Assembly (NCBI GenBank): GCA_964493515.1
Contig: CAZBNJ010000001.1
Coordinates: 10,866 to 74,865, forward strand
Length of the DNA: 64,000 bases
Direction: 5' to 3'
DNA from: an uncultured Oscillospiraceae bacterium
Lineage (GTDB): Bacteria; Bacillota; Clostridia; Oscillospirales; JAAYOS01
Shown: positions 1-15,000 of the stretch, piece by piece
Layout: each line of letters begins with the position of its first letter
How positions within the stretch are numbered: position 1 is the stretch's first letter
The notes under the pieces: model-generated
Database searches by the model: none
Seen by the model: only the letters and a program-made list of their open reading frames with translations
Told to the model about the DNA's origin: nothing
Made by a program: the position numbers and the translations under genes

Positions 1-3000
1 CGCGCGCGACTCTCTTCGCGAGCTCGTAGACAGCCTCGGTCGGGTAGACGGTGATTATCGTGCGATCCTGCTCGTCGAGCGAGTAGACGAACACCTCGTC
101 CGAGCTGTCGACGTCGAAGCGCATCTCGAGCACCAGCGAGTCGACCGCCTTCGTGACGCGGACACCGACCTGCTCCTCGTAGAACTCGGCCCATGTCTTG
201 CCGCCGAACTTGTCGTCCCTGTGCTTGTCGAAGTATGCCACGAGCAGCTCGTCGAGCACCTTGTACAGATCCTCGCCGGGTATGTCGTCCAGCTGACCGT
301 ACTCCTCCTCCATCTCGGCGGTGTACAGCTCGGTGTCGTCGCCGTAGAGCACCGCGTCGTAGACCACGTCGCGCCAGTCGCTTATCACCGTTGCGCTGTA
401 ATAGTCGGTGTAGTAGGTGGTACGGTTTTCGATAAGCTCGCCGAACGACACTATCGCGTCCGCATAGACGGTCAGGTCGCCCGTGGTCGAGCCGTCGATC
501 AGGTTGTAATCGACGGTGTACTCGAGCACCGAGCGCATGAACTGTCTGCCGCCCTTGAACGGCACGCGGCTCTTCGCAAGCTCAGGCGCGGTCGCCTCGG
601 CTATCTCTATCGAATCCATCTCCTTGCTGAAGGTCGCGAGCTGGTTGAGGTAGAGGTCGATGTTGACATAGTAGATGGCTATGACGTAGTAGTTCTCGGT
701 CAAGGTCGCGTCGAACGGCGTGACGGTCAGGTAGTAGTAGTTCCAGCCGTCCTCGAGGTTCTCCACGCGGATGTGCAGCTGACCCTGATCCTTCGCGTCG
801 AGCGCGGCGACCGGTATAACGTGATCGCCGGTCGAGTCCTTGTAGCGCAGGACATACGCGTCGCGCTCAAGCTCAATGCCCGCCGAGACCTGCGACGCCT
901 TGATGAGCACGTCGGCTGTGCGGTCGAGGTTGTAGACGGTCGCCATAGCGGTCAGCTTGCCGCGGCGTGCCGGATCGGTGTCGGTCGAGCGGTTCAGCTC
1001 CATACGCTCGCCCTCGATGTAGATGTAGTCGAGCCACTTATCGAGCGCGTTCTTGCGCAGCGCCGCCCTGAAGGTGCGGCGAGCCTCGCCGTACTTCACT
1101 TCGACCGGCACTATCGTCTCCGAGCCGTAGAGCGCGACCCTCGGGTTCTGCGTGAAGAGCATATCTCCGTTCGGGTTGCCCTCCGAATCAATGAGGATCT
1201 TCTCCTGATCCTGGACGGTTATGCCGTACGCCGAGTAGGTTATAACGTGGATGTCACCGTAGGTGTTGTCCACAACGCTGAACTGGCCGTTGGAGTAGCT
1301 GTCGCCATTCGAGATGTCGATGTTCATGCTGGTCGGACGTCCGACGACCGTCGGGTTCAGACGATCGGCGAGGTCGAGGTAGGTCGAGCCCATCTCCACC
1401 GACGCGAGGCTTACATCGTAGACTATCTCGCGGTAGATCGTGCGGCTGGTGAAGTCCTTCGCCTCGCGCACGTTGTCGTTGACGGTGCCGTCGTTTATCA
1501 GCATGATCGGAATCTGGGCGCTGCTGCTGCATCCGACGTGGACAACACGTCCGACGCTCGAGCTGGAAGCGTCCACGAACGGAGCGAACTCCTCGGACGG
1601 TATCCATCTCTGGCAGCCCGGGCAGTAGTACTCCATCGTCATATCATCCTGGTCGAAGTGGTACATCAGACCCGGGACCTCGTTCTTGCCGTTGATGTCC
1701 AGCGTACCGCGGTCGATGCCCATGTAGTAATAGGTGGCGGTCGGGTACCTGGAGTACTCCTCGGCGCTGGTCTGGACGAGCAGACGGTAGTAGCCGTCCT
1801 CGGTCAGGCTCATCACACGTCCCTGCGCGGTTATGATTATGCCGCTGAGGTCAACGCGCGTGTTGTAGATTATCAGCTCGTACGGCGTAGGCTCGGTGAT
1901 GCCCGGAACGTGAACGTAGATGCGCAGGCGGATGCTGACCGCGTCTCTCGGCATTGCGACATAGCCGTTGAGGATGTAGCGGTTGGAAGCTCTCTCGCTG
2001 CTCAAGACAGCCGACTCCTCGGTCGGTATCGGATCGACACCGCCGGTCTTGGTCGACAGCTTGTTCCAGGTGGTGCTCGCCACTTCTTCGGTGTAGTACT
2101 CGAACTTCATGAAGCTGCCGCCCTCGATATCGGTCAGCTCAAGCCATGCCGAGCGGTTGGACGCCTGGATGTTTATCGGGATGAAGGTGTAGTCCTTGTC
2201 CTGATCGGTGGAGACGTATCCCGCGTAGTCCATCGTGCCGACCTTGGTGGTCGGGATGTCCGCCGGGCTCTCGTCGCCGGTGGTGTTCTTGCGTCCGACG
2301 AACACGTTTATCGCCGTCTCGACCGACTGGTTGAGTATGACTATCTTGTACTCGCGCTGCGTGTGGCCGTCCGGAGCGGTGACACGCACCCAGTAGACGA
2401 GCGTCTCCTTGGAGGTGGTGTCTATCTTGTCCTCGGTGGCGTAGCCGGTGCCGAGCTCACGATACCTTCCCTCCCAGGTGTCCTTTATCTCAATCTTCGA
2501 GTCGCTCTTCTCGGTACGGAGCTCGAGGTCGAAGCGCGCGGCGTCCACAGGCATCGTGATAGTCCAGGTCACGATACCGTCCACGTTCTCGCCTTCGGTG
2601 CCGCGCGCCTTGTCGGTGCCGAGCGGCTTGCCGTTGTACTCGAGTATCTCTATACCGTTCGCCTCGACCAGGCGAGCGTTCGACGACGAGCGGCAGATGC
2701 GCAGCTTGTACCAACGCTGCTGGCGCGTGCCGTCCGCGTTCATCGGGGTCATGGCACGGAAGAAGACGTAGTCCTCGGTCAGCGTGCCCATGTTGTAGTT
2801 GGTTATCGCCTCGTGGATGCCCGACTTCATCATGCGCGGAGGCTCAACGGTGCCATCCGCCTTCACCTTCTCGTGCGACCATATCTCAATGTAGGTCGTC
2901 AGCGACTCGGAGATGCCGGTCAGCTTCACTTCGCTTATGCCGTCGCGCACGGTGGTCCAGACGTTGTAGACCTGGACGTGCTGCTCGGTCGGAACATCCA

Positions 3001-6000
3001 TATAGGTGATGTACGGCTCATCCTCAACCGCCAGGTTTCCGAGGCGCTCGTTGAGCGTGCCGGCGTAGATCTTCAGATCGAGGTCGCTGACCGTCTCGCG
3101 CTTGCTGAACACCAGCAGCACCAGCTCGACCTGATCGCTCAGGCCGTTCGACGTGCCGGTAGTAAACGCGTTGTAGCGGTCGGACGCGCCGACGAGTATC
3201 GGGTAGACGATGCTGTCGCCGAGCACCATCTGTCCGAGCGACACCTGGATGGAGGACACGCCCTTCGAGAATGCGTTGAGTGTGGTGCGGTTCGCGTTGA
3301 CATACTTCTCGTCGTCAAGCGCGGTCGCGACCAGGCTGCCCGCGTTGGTCTCGTCCTTGCCGATGTCGACCTGGTAGACGCGGATGTTGCCGGTGTTGAG
3401 ACGCACCGCCTGCATATCCTCGCTGCCGCCCTTCGGCCACAGCCACAGCGTGCCATCGGTCTCGTCGAGACGGAACTCGATGTCGCCGTCCGCCGAGTAG
3501 ATAACGGTGCTGACCGCCGACTCCGGAGCGTTCGCGCCGGTCTCCTGGAAGTAGAGCAGATCCGCCTCGGTGCGGAGCTTGGAGATGAGTCCGTTTTCGC
3601 GCGTGCCGTCGGTGGCGATGAGGTTGCCCGCCTCGTCGACATCGAGGAAGAGCGTGTCACCCGAGCCGTCGAGCTCGGTACGGCGCAGCGCCATACGCTC
3701 GTGATAGGTGATGCTGTCGAGCGTGAGCACGTTCTCTCTGCGCTGGAGCAGTATCTCGTACACCTTCGGGTTGCGGTCGCCCGCCATGCTTGAAACATGC
3801 ACGGTGTATGCGGTCAGCTCGCCCTCGTCCATCGGCACCGAGATGACTATCTGGTGCGCGTAGTCGTTTGCCGAGAACTTGGTCATGCCGGTCGCGTCTT
3901 CGACAAGCTCGGTCCACGGATTCTCGTATCCGTCCTCGTTCTTGCCGTGGTAGAACTCCATCAGCTCATCCTTGTATGTGTCGGTCTCCGGGTCATAGAC
4001 CTGGCGGTAGACCGAGATGAGCGCGGTCTCGGTTATCGTGGTCAGCTCAAGCGTCGCCACCGTCGCGCCGTAAGGCACGTCGAAGGTTATGCTGAGGCTG
4101 GTGGTGTCGCCGTCCTGCTCGGTGTTCGAGATGTAGCGGTGATCCTGGAGCAGCTTCGCGCTCTCGAGATAGCGGTTGCCCGCCAGACGGTTGAAGCGCA
4201 GCTCGTACAGCTGTCCCTGGATGGACGGCGAGTTGGTGCCTATCCACTGCTGGTTCTCCGAACGGACGTAGATCGCCACCGAGCGGTCGCCGACCGAGCC
4301 GACGCCGGGTATGCTGTCCAGACGCACATACGCCGGATCGTTCGCGCCGTTCGCGTCGGATGCGCGGTTGTAGCTCGTGCTGCCGTTTCCGGTGTTCACG
4401 CCGACAGCCGCCTCGTAGTACTCGCTTCGGACCCACAGGTCGACCGAGGTGGTCTCCTCGCCGATGTCGACGCCGAACAGGGTCGGGATGTACTCGCCCT
4501 TGAAGTCGAGCACCGGAGTGCCGTCGTCCTTGGTGATGTAGCGGTACGGCTCGTAGAGCGTCGTGCCGGACATTATCTGCTCGATGACCGAGGTGGCTAT
4601 CAGCCTTGCCATGTTCTCGGCAATGCCTATCGACCTGTCGGTCAGCAGCTCGACCAGCTGCTCGGTCGAGGTCACGCCGCGGAGCTGATAATTGTTCGGA
4701 TCGGCGTCGAGCAGTCTCCACGCGCTGGTAGCGTCGAGCTTGACATACTTCCAGCCGCCGAGCGACGGAGTGTACTTGTCCGCAGCGGTGTCGCGCTCGA
4801 CGATGTACACGAGCTGGTTGTACTCGAGCTTGCTTCCGGTAACGGTCGTCGGGCTGGACGCCTGTCCGCCGACGGTGCGATAGAGCGGGTAGGCGTTCGG
4901 CGCGAGCGTGCTCGGGCTGTTGCCGGCGCTGTACGGATACGCCCAGATGCCGTAGTCATAGCCGAGGATCTCGCCGGTCTCCTCATCCGTGTTCGGGATC
5001 TGGATGAGGTCGCGGTTCTCGGTGTCCGCGTTGCGCATCTCAAGCACATAGCGCTCGCGGGTGCCGTCCTGCGCCACGATGTCGAAGTAGATATACTCGG
5101 TCGCGACAGCCTCGAAGCTCGGATACTTACGGTTGGTATCGTCGCCGGTCGAGTTGTAGTCAAGTATCTTCGCGTTGTAGTCCGTGACCTCCAGCTGGAG
5201 CGTGTAGCCATAGTTCAGCTGGCTTATCGCGCGTCCGGTGCCGGTGAAGGCCTCACGGTAGGTGGTATCCAGTCCGATGCTCGGGTTGAACGCCTGCGGC
5301 ACGTTGCCGTAGATTACGACGGTGCTCGTTGCCGAAGTCGCGGTGACCTCGACCTCGAACGACTGCCTGTACTCCGCGTTCGTCGTGCCGTCGTTCGACA
5401 GCGCCGCCGAGTAGACCTTACGCTCGACCTCGGTTATCTTGTCGGCGGGGATGAGCACCGTGCCGTTGCTCGCCACGATAGCGCCATCCGCTATCTTGAC
5501 CGAGCTTGCGAGCACCTCGGCGCCGTTGTACCTTATGACCGCGCCGTTCTCGTCTATCAGACGGCCTCTCGAGTTGACTATCATGCCGTCGTTCGACTTA
5601 TACGCGTAGTAGTAGCGCAGCAGCTCCGGCTCAATGGCGCCGTACTTGCGCGCGGTCGAGCCATCCGCCAGCTGACGCTCGCGTATGTCGTCCGCGGTGC
5701 GGTAGATGTCCTCCGCCACTCCGCTGTCGTTCAGGAGCTGATACTCCTTGGCGTAGTGCGGATAGCGGCTGTACGCGATGACCTGTCTGACGCCCGCGTC
5801 GGACGACGAGACGATCAGGCGGTACAGCTCGGTGCCCTTCGTGCCGTCCTCCGCCTCGATTCCGACCGAGACGTAGCCGACCAGCTTCTTGATGTTGTTT
5901 ATCGCCTCAATGGCATCCGGATAGCCCTCGACCTTGGCGTAGACGAGCTTGCCGTCCTCGCCGAGCGTGGTCTTGTCAAAGGTCTGCTCGCCGTCCGGAG

Positions 6001-9000
6001 TCTCAACGGTCAGCTTGCCCATGCGCTTGTCGATGACGTTCTCCGGCGAGTAGAGCACCACCGGCGCGTAGTACACGCCGTCTATCTCGATGAAGCTCGA
6101 GGAGTTGACGGTGAAGTCATACGCGGTGTTCGGACGCTCAGCGCCGACGCTTGCGATCGGGGAGCCCTGGCCGGATATGCTGCTGAGCTCGGCGTCGCCG
6201 TCCATCCACTGGACTATCGCCTGACCGTTCTTTATGTAGACCTCGAGGTCGTACACAGCGGTGCGTCCGCTCTCGGCGGTGGCGGTTATGCGTATCATCG
6301 CGCGCGAGTTCTGCTTGTCGCCCATGTCGCCCTGGCCGACCAGTATCTTCGACAGGTCAAGCTCTATCGGCTTATCGGTGCCAAGCTCTATCTCGAACAT
6401 ATCGCTTACTGCGGTTATCGTGTTGCCCGACTGCGCGACGGTGACGCTGCTCGCGCTCACCGGAGCGGTGCCGTAACCGTTCAGCGCGTCCTCGTACGCG
6501 TACACCGCGAGCATCGTATCGCGCAGCGGCTCGTTTATCTGCGGCGCGACCCACAGCGTGAGCGTGCGGTCGTTGCGGTTATTTATCTGCGACGCTATCT
6601 CGCGGCGGATGCCCTCGAGCGCGGTGTACTCGCCGTCCTTGTCCTCTATAGCGTCGAAGCTGACGAGCAGCGTCTCGGCAAACGGAGTGTTGTCCGGCTG
6701 CGCCATGTAGATGTTCAGCTCTGCCACGTCGCTGCGGCGGCGCGCAACGAGCTGTGCCGACGCGGTTATCGGGAACTCGACGGTCGTGACCGTCTCGCCG
6801 TCCACCTCGCGGCTTATCTCGATGCCGTAGCCGACCTCGATCATGACCATCGAGGTCTTGCCAGACGTGCGGTTGAACATCCTGTCGGCGATGCTCGCGA
6901 CGAAGTTTGCGTCGCTCTCGGTCCACTCGCTCCAGACAACGCCCTTCGCGTCCAGACCCTCGTACTTCTCGTTCAGCTTTGCCGCGCTCATGCCTGCGGT
7001 GATGTCGGCGAGCACGCTCTTCGCGTCGGTGTAGTCGGCGACGTAGGTCGTGCCGTTGTAATCGACGGCGAAGTTGTTCGCCAGACGCTGATATGCCGCG
7101 AACAGGTAGTCGTACAGTGCCGCCGCGTCCTCGTTCGTCTCATAGTCTGCCGGCTTGGTCGGCGCCATGATGTACGCCGCGCGAGCGTACAGCGCGTTCT
7201 CACCGAGCACGTTCTCGGCGTCGGCGAGCGTTATGGTCACGTTCAGCGTCTCAGCGTCCATTATATCGCCGGTGTACAGACGGACATCCTGCTCGACCAG
7301 CTCGTACAGCGCGTTCGTCGCGGTGCTCTTGCGCTCGTTCTTCGTGGACTCGAGCGTCGGATAGCTGTCCTCGTCGCCGTAGCTGACAGTCGGCGCGTCG
7401 ATGCCGATGTCGATCTCGACTATCTTCAGCGTGTACTGCTTCTCGGTCGAGTAGTTGTTCTTTGCCGGCTTGACGACTATCTCGGTGTCGGCAAACGTGC
7501 CGGCCGCCGTGACAGCGAAGGTCGCCGTGCGCGCGATCGTCGCGGTCGAGGTCTCGTAGGTGTAGTCCTCGCCGTCGAGGTCGAACTTCACCAGCGCGGA
7601 TGCCTTGTCAGCAAACGCGGTTGCGGTCAGCTCGGTCGCGTTCGTCTTGGGCAGATACGCGGTGTAGACATCCTCCGCGGTCTTGTACGCGGTGACAGTC
7701 TGGTTCTTGCCGTAGGTCACGGTCACATGGTCAAGCTCAGCGTCCTCCGCCGGGTTTATCTTGATGTACTCGGTGCGGGTGCGGAAGTCGCTCTGGCTGT
7801 TCGCCGTGGTGTCGGTAACGACTATCTTCGCGTAGACAACGCTCTCGCCGTCCCACGCGTCCGCGACCGTCTTCTCTATCGCGGCGCTGCCGTACTGCTC
7901 GCTGACCACGTTTGCGGTGTCGAGCGACGCAATGCCGAGCCATGTGTTGTAGTCCGCGCTGTATGCCTTAGCGGCGACGTCGACCGACTTGGTGCCGGTG
8001 ATCGGCTGCTCGACATACGCGACATAGCCGGTGACCTTCGTGCCGTTCGGCAGCTCAAACTCGACGTTCCTGCGTGCGTCAACGGCGGTCGCCATATCCG
8101 CGGCGTTCGCGGCCTTGACCATCGTCAGCGTTGTCACAGCGCGGTTGACTATCACGCTGTACACCGAGACGATGTCCGCGCTCGAGCGCACGACCACATC
8201 GAGTATCGCAAACTCTGCGTACTCGCCGTCGGTGTTCTTGGTAAAGTCGAGGTGGAAGCGCTCGAGCTTGTTGGTCGCGGTCTTCCACGCGTCGGCGTAG
8301 TCCGCCGAGTCGCGGTATTCCTCGCCGAGCGCCTTGAGAGCCGCCGCGTCGAGGCTTGCCGCCTCCTCGCTGTACTCGCGCATGACCGCTATGACCTTCG
8401 CGTGCTGCGACGAGGTCTCGGTGGTCAGGTAGAAGCCGTGAGCACCCTTCTCGATGCCGACCTCCTCCGGGAAGACGTACGGTGCATTCGTCGCGGTCTC
8501 GCTGGAGACGGTGAGCGTCTTGTTCGGCTCGTCGTCGAAGGTCGCAACGCCCTTTATCGTCTCCTTGTGCTCGATGGTCACATGGTTATCCACAAGCGTG
8601 GTGTCGTTGTCCATCTTCACAACATCGACGTAGTAGCGCGCGCTCAGGTCGGTAGCTCCCGGCACGTTTCCGCGTACCACTATCACGAAGCGCTTCGAGT
8701 CCGCGCCCTCCGGTATCTCGACCTCAAAGCCGTCGGTCGGGTCGATCTTGTCGCCGACAGGCTCGCCGTTCGCGCCCATCTCGTACAGCTCAACGACCGC
8801 ATTGTCGTCGTAAGCCTTGATGTCGAGTATCGGGTTCGCCGCCGGATACTTCTCGGCGTCGGTGGTGGCGTTCTCAACGGTCGGATAGTTCGGTATCTTC
8901 GCGGTGTAGACGGTGTAGGTCTTGCCGCCGTAAGTCGCGCTGCCGGTGCGTCCCTCGACCGCGACACGGTCGGTCACGACCTTGTCGGTGTGCGTATCGG

Positions 9001-12000
9001 TGCCCGTTCCGGCGATGCCGCCCTTGTCGACAGCGGTCGCGGTCAGCGTCTCGATGTCGAGGTAGAGCTTGTTCATCGTCAGGTTGTACGCCGCGCGCAT
9101 GGTGTTGTCGGTCGAGCGGACGAAGGCGTAGGTCTTGCCGCCGTTCTCGAGCGTGATGTTCTTCAGCGTGTCGGTGTGACGCTTGAGCGTCAGGTTCTGC
9201 CAGGTGGTGCGGTCGTTGGTCAGGACCTCGCTGTGGCTGAGCGCTATCTGCGCGCCCGGCGCGACGGTCGTGCCGCGGACATCCGCCTTCTCGACGGTGG
9301 ACGGATAGTAGATGACAAAGTTGTGCGTCTCCACGCCGTTCTCGTCGAATATCTGGGTCGCCTCACGCTGCTGCGCGCCGTTGAACGGGTCGTTGTATAT
9401 CAGCTCGAACTTCTCGAGCTTGACATCGGCGCCGCGGCGGAACGCGTAGACGTAGTACTCGGCGGTGTACGGCACCGTCGCGTAGGTTCCGTCGCCCAGG
9501 GCGATGCGCGCATACGAGCGGACGCTTATGACGTATATCGCCATCTGCGTGTTGCCCTCGATGCGGTGCGTCTCGTTTATCGTGGTGGTGTAGGTCGACT
9601 GGAAGCCGTTTTCAACGCTCACCAGCTTATCCATCTCCGCCTTGCCGACGGTGCCGGTGGCGAAGCTGGACGCCGACCACAGCGTCGCGCTGTTCGACGA
9701 TGCCTCAAACAGGGCGGTCAGGTCGAACGAATCGTCCGCCGACTCCGGTCCGAGCACTATCTCGTAGTAGCGCACCGGCTCGCCCTCAATGGTGTAGTTC
9801 TGCTCAACGCCGTCAACGATCAGCCAGTGCTGCTCGACCGTCTGCGGGCCGACGCCGGTCGCGTCGTCCATCGTCATGGTCTTGAGCGTCAGGTCGACCA
9901 CCGAGATATTGAGTGCATAGCTCGCCTTGTTGCTGCCGTCCGACGAGGTCACGTCTATCCTGGTGTTTATCGTGCCGTTGTTGACAAGGCTCACATCCAG
10001 CTCGAGCGTCGTCTCGCCGATGTAGCTCTCGGTCTTGCCCATCGCGGTCACGTCGACAGTCGCGTACGGATGCTGGCTCTTCGCGTCGATCCACGCGGTC
10101 ACAGCGGTGGACGGTATCGCCGCCGCGTAGCCGGTCGCGGTCTTGTAGACGGTCGCCGTGCCCTCCTTGCCGAGGTCGTCGATGTAGCGGATGACCGGCA
10201 GGACGATGTTCGCGTTTGCGTCCGCCTTGTAGATGCGCAGCGTCGCCTGACGCGGCTCCGCGACCGAGTTCAGGTGCGCGCGCACCAGTATCGCGAGCTC
10301 GGTGTAGGTCACGCCGTACTCGTCGGTGTGGTCGCGTCTGAGCGTCAGTGCGTCGTCGCTCCAGATGTAGTCGTGGCTTGCGTTCGGACGCGCCGGAGCG
10401 GTGTATGCCGCGTTGACCAGCGCCTTCTTGCTGACCGCGGTGATGACCGTGTTTGCGGTCGCGGCGGTCGGGTCGCTCTCAAGCGCGTCGTAGCGGTCGA
10501 TGCCCGGCGCGATGCCGTCGACACGCTGTATCGCCTCGACATCGTCGACGGTGACCGACAGGATGCGGTCGTCCTCACGGTAGATGACCACCGAGTAGTT
10601 GCCCTTCGTGCCGTCCATCGCGGTCACGCCGAGCGAGTAGCGGGTCTCGTCCGTCTCGAGCAGCTCGTCGACAGCGGTCGCGCGCGCACGGGTATGCGCT
10701 ATCGTCTTGCCGTCGGCGGTGTGGGTCGGAGTGCCGTCCTCACGCTTGAAGTCGAGGTAGCTCAGGTCGCTCGGGCCGATAAGCTCGATGTCGACTATCT
10801 CAACATATTCGGGCAGGAACACGGCATACTCGCCGTCCAGTCCGGCCGCCGGGTACAGCTCCGCGACCTTGGTCTGCGGCTCGCCGTCCTTGTCAATGTA
10901 GTGGACTATGACCGACTGCATACCGGTCTCGCTGTTCAGGCGATAGATACGCAGATACTTGGTGGTGAAGTACATCGGCAGCATCCAGTCGAGGTCATCC
11001 GAACCGACCTTTATCTCGAACTCGCTGCGCTCGTCGAAGCGGCGCGCTATCAGGTTGCCCTCGGCGTCGAGTATCTCCTCGTACATCGGCGCGAGCTTCT
11101 GGGTCGGACGATAGATGCGGCTGCCGTCGCCGGCGGTCGGATCCGCCGCCTTGACGTCCAGGTCGCTGACCGACAGGTGCGTGTACGGGCTGTGCGCCGC
11201 GTCGTTGCCGTGCATCGCGGTCTGTATCTCAAGCGCCGCGTAGCTCGACTCGACCTCGCCGAAGTCCTTGCCCGCTATCGCGTAGTAGACCACGCGGTCT
11301 ACGCCGTCGATGTTGTCGATGTAGAACTGCGGCTTGCCGGCGTTCGCCGTCAGCACGTCGAAGTCGTCAACTATCAGTCGGTCAAGCTCGAGGTTGACCA
11401 CCGCAAACTCGAGCGGATAGTGCGCGTGTGCGCTGCCGTCCGACGACTCGACGGTTATCATGGCGGTGCCGAGGTTGCGGACCTCCTTGTCCTTCTGGGT
11501 CGCGCTGCCCTGGGTCATCTTCGCCGCGTTGTAGCTGTCGTCGGCGTTCTTCACGTCGATGCCGACCTTAGCCGCGATACGGTTCGCAACGGCGGTCAGG
11601 TCGCCGTATATCGCTGCCGCGACATCGCCGCTGGTGAGCACGATGCGGTACGCGGTCGCGCCCTCGTCGTTTATGAACTGCTCGGCGCGGACGACCATCT
11701 CCTGGCCGTTGAGCGAGTAAGTGAAGTAGAGATCCTTCAGCGTCACGTCGTTGTTGGTCAGGTAGACGTTGAGTATCGAGGTACGGAACTTGGTCGGCTC
11801 CGCGTCCTCTGCGCGCGACTTTATCTCGAAGCGGGTCAGCTCGCCGTCGGCAAGGCTCTGCGAGAATATCGACGCACGGCGGAGGTCGACGCCCACTCTC
11901 GGGTTCGCCGCCGACTCGTTTGCCTGGCCTATCGTGACCATGGCGACCGAGTCGGTCGTCTCAACGATTATCGTCGAGGCGCGGAGGTTGGTGTCCGGAA

Positions 12001-15000
12001 TGTAGACGTTGTAGACGTCGCCGTTGTGGTCGGCGCTTACGCGTCCAACGCCCTCGTACTTGAAGCGATCGGCGACATTGTCCGCCTTCTCGTTTATCGC
12101 CATGTCGACGCTGTCGCCCTCGCTGCCCTCAACGAGTATGCGGCGCAGCGAATCGTCGTCGTTTATGCGAGTCAGAACGAGGGTGTACTCCTCGACATAC
12201 TTGCGGACACGGACTTCCTCGCCCGCCGCGTTGTAAGTCGTGCCGTAGGTTATGACGTATATCGGCAGGTACGCCACCTTGAAGGAGACGTTCGCCGCCT
12301 GCTCGCCCATCGTCGAGAGATGCGGGAACTTGGCGAGCTGCGCGCCGTCTATGGTCATCCAGGTCAGCTCATCGAGCACCAGCGTGTAGCGTCCGTCCTT
12401 GGTGGCGGTCGCAACCGCGTTCTCGCTGTTCTGCGTGAACACCGACTGACCTATCAGGCTGCCGCTGCGCTGTACCGGCGTGCGGATACCGTCGCTGCCG
12501 TTGGTGGTGGTGTTCGACGCCGCCTTGTCGTAGATGTACGAGTCGAAGCCGAGTATCACGGTGTTCGACTTGTTCACCGGGTCGATGCTTATCTCGACGT
12601 ACTTGTCCTCGTTGCCGATGAGCGTCGAGTAGTAGATGTAGGAGTTTCCGGCGGTGTCGAGCACCGGCTTGCCGCTCTCAACGACCGTCTGCGGCAGCAG
12701 CTCGGTGAAGCTGCTGGCTTCCTTGGCCCTCAGCGTGCCCTCGTACTTGCCGTTCGCGAAGCTGACTATCTCGGTCTCGCCGCTCGCAACGCGCACGCTC
12801 TCCAGTCCGGTGGCGAAGTTGCCGCTCTGGACGACCACGACGTACTCGGTCGCGGCGGTCGTGTCACCGTTCTCCGGGGTCAGGCGGACGAGATAGCGGT
12901 TCTGCGCGCCGGTGTCGGCGGCGAGCGTGTAGCTGTACCTCGCGCCGTTCTGGGTGCCCGCGACCGGGACTGTGCTGCCGTCTGCGGCGTAGACGAACAC
13001 CTCCGCCGTCGAGCCAAGTCCGGTCTCGAGCGTCATCGCAAGGTTCGCCGACACCTTGCCGACATAGGTGAATACGTTGCCGGTAACGGTGCGCGTCCAG
13101 CTGCCCGCAATATCGAGGCTCTTCAGCTCGGTCTGCGAGTAGCGGCGGTTTATCGTGATGTTGACGACCTTCTGCGTCGTGTCATCCGACGAACGCACGC
13201 CGGGCACGAGAGTCAGTCTGTCGCCGCTCATCGCAAACGCTCTCTCGTAGAAGCCCACGCCGCCGACGATGCGGTTCAGCTCGTTCAGATAGCCCACCGT
13301 CGCCGACTCGTCCGCCGAGCGCAGGAACACCTTTATCGACTCGGCGTCGCGGTCGACGGTTATCGAATAGTTGCCGTTTGCGTCGGGCCTCAGCGTCTGC
13401 TGGGTCTCGAGGCCGCGGTCGATTATGACCTCGGTGAGAGCGGTGTTCGCGCTCTGCTTTGCCACCTCGAGGGTGTAGGTCGTGTAGCCGGACGCCGAGT
13501 AGACGGTCACGGTGAACTTATCCTGTCCGTTCGCGCTGAGCGGGACATTCTTGAAGTCGTAGATGCGTGCGACGGTCGCGCCGCCGGCATCCTTGTTCTC
13601 GGATATGGTCGTGGCGGCGATGGTCTTGCCGTTCTGCGTGAGCAGTATGCTGTGTGTGCCGCGCTGGGTGGTCAGACGGATGTCGGTCGCGGTCGCGCCG
13701 CTCGCGACAAACTGCTTATACACGCCGAACTCGTTGAGCGACGTCACCTTGCCGCCGACCGCGACCTCGCCGAGGGTGTGGAGCGCCGCAGCGTCACGAC
13801 GGACGGTTATGCTGGTGTTGGATACGGTGCCAAATCCGTTGCCCGAGTAAGTGTAGATACGGATCGGGATGGTCACCGACGGACGGGTCGCGCTCAGGTT
13901 CAGCGTTATATCGCGCAGGTCGCTTGCAAAGACCGGATCGTTGCTGCCGATCTGGACCTTCGCGACCGCGCTGGTGGCGCTTATCTCAAGGCGTATCTTC
14001 TCCGCCGACGCGGGCACGGTGTAGTAGTAGTTCGCAGCCGACGCGAGCGTCACGCCGCCGACGCTGACCGACGCGATGTGCGCCGCCGCGCGGACGATGT
14101 ACAGCGTGTACTTCTCCGCCTGACCCGCCGCGATGAGTGCCGCGAGCGCGTCCATATACTGCTTGCTGCCCGACTCGATGCCGCTGCCGCTTATCGCCTG
14201 CCAGTTCGCGTTGTCGCTGCGCTGAGCGTCCGCGCTGACGACGTAGAACTCAACGCGGGTCACGCCGGTGTTCAGCGCGCCGACGCCGCCGGTTCCGACC
14301 GCTATCTTCTGCGTGTCGCCGAACTCGAAGCCCTCGGTGACCGCCTCGCTGTAAACGACATACTGCTTCGAGTTGTTGCGCTCGAGCGTGAAGTACGCGT
14401 CGCTCGTCGAATTCCTCAGCGATGCGAAGTATGCCTGCTTGCCGTCGCCAAGGCTTATCAGCTCCGCGTGTGCGGCGGTCTCAGCCGAAGCGAGCGCGTC
14501 GCGCACGATTATTCCGCTGATGCCGGTGTCGGTAGCCGAGTAGTAGTCGAGGACTATCCTCAGCTCGGAGTAGTACTTCGCGTTCGCCTTGAAGGTCTCG
14601 ATGCGCGAGTTGTAAGTCGTCTCGTCTATCTCGCCCGCGGCGTATGCCTCTTCGATCGCCTTCAGCTCTTCAACGCCGAACGCGCTCATTATCGTTGCGA
14701 TGTAGACATTGCGTCCGATCTTCGGCACCGGCAGGTTCTCGAACACTCCGCCGCCGCGCTTGGAGTCGAGCGCCGCGTTCTCGGTGCTCTCCGAGTAGAT
14801 GGTCACGACGTCGAGGTCGCTCTGCGGCGTGATGGTGACGCTCACCGGCTCGCGGGTGCGGACTTCCTTGTAGTACTCGCCCGCGACGTTGTAGTAGTAG
14901 GTCCAGCCGTTGGTTATGACCTGCTCCTCGAACTTCGCTACCGCGTCCGGATCGGTGCTGGTCGGATCAAAGAAGCCCTGCGGCGCGTACGAGTCGATAT

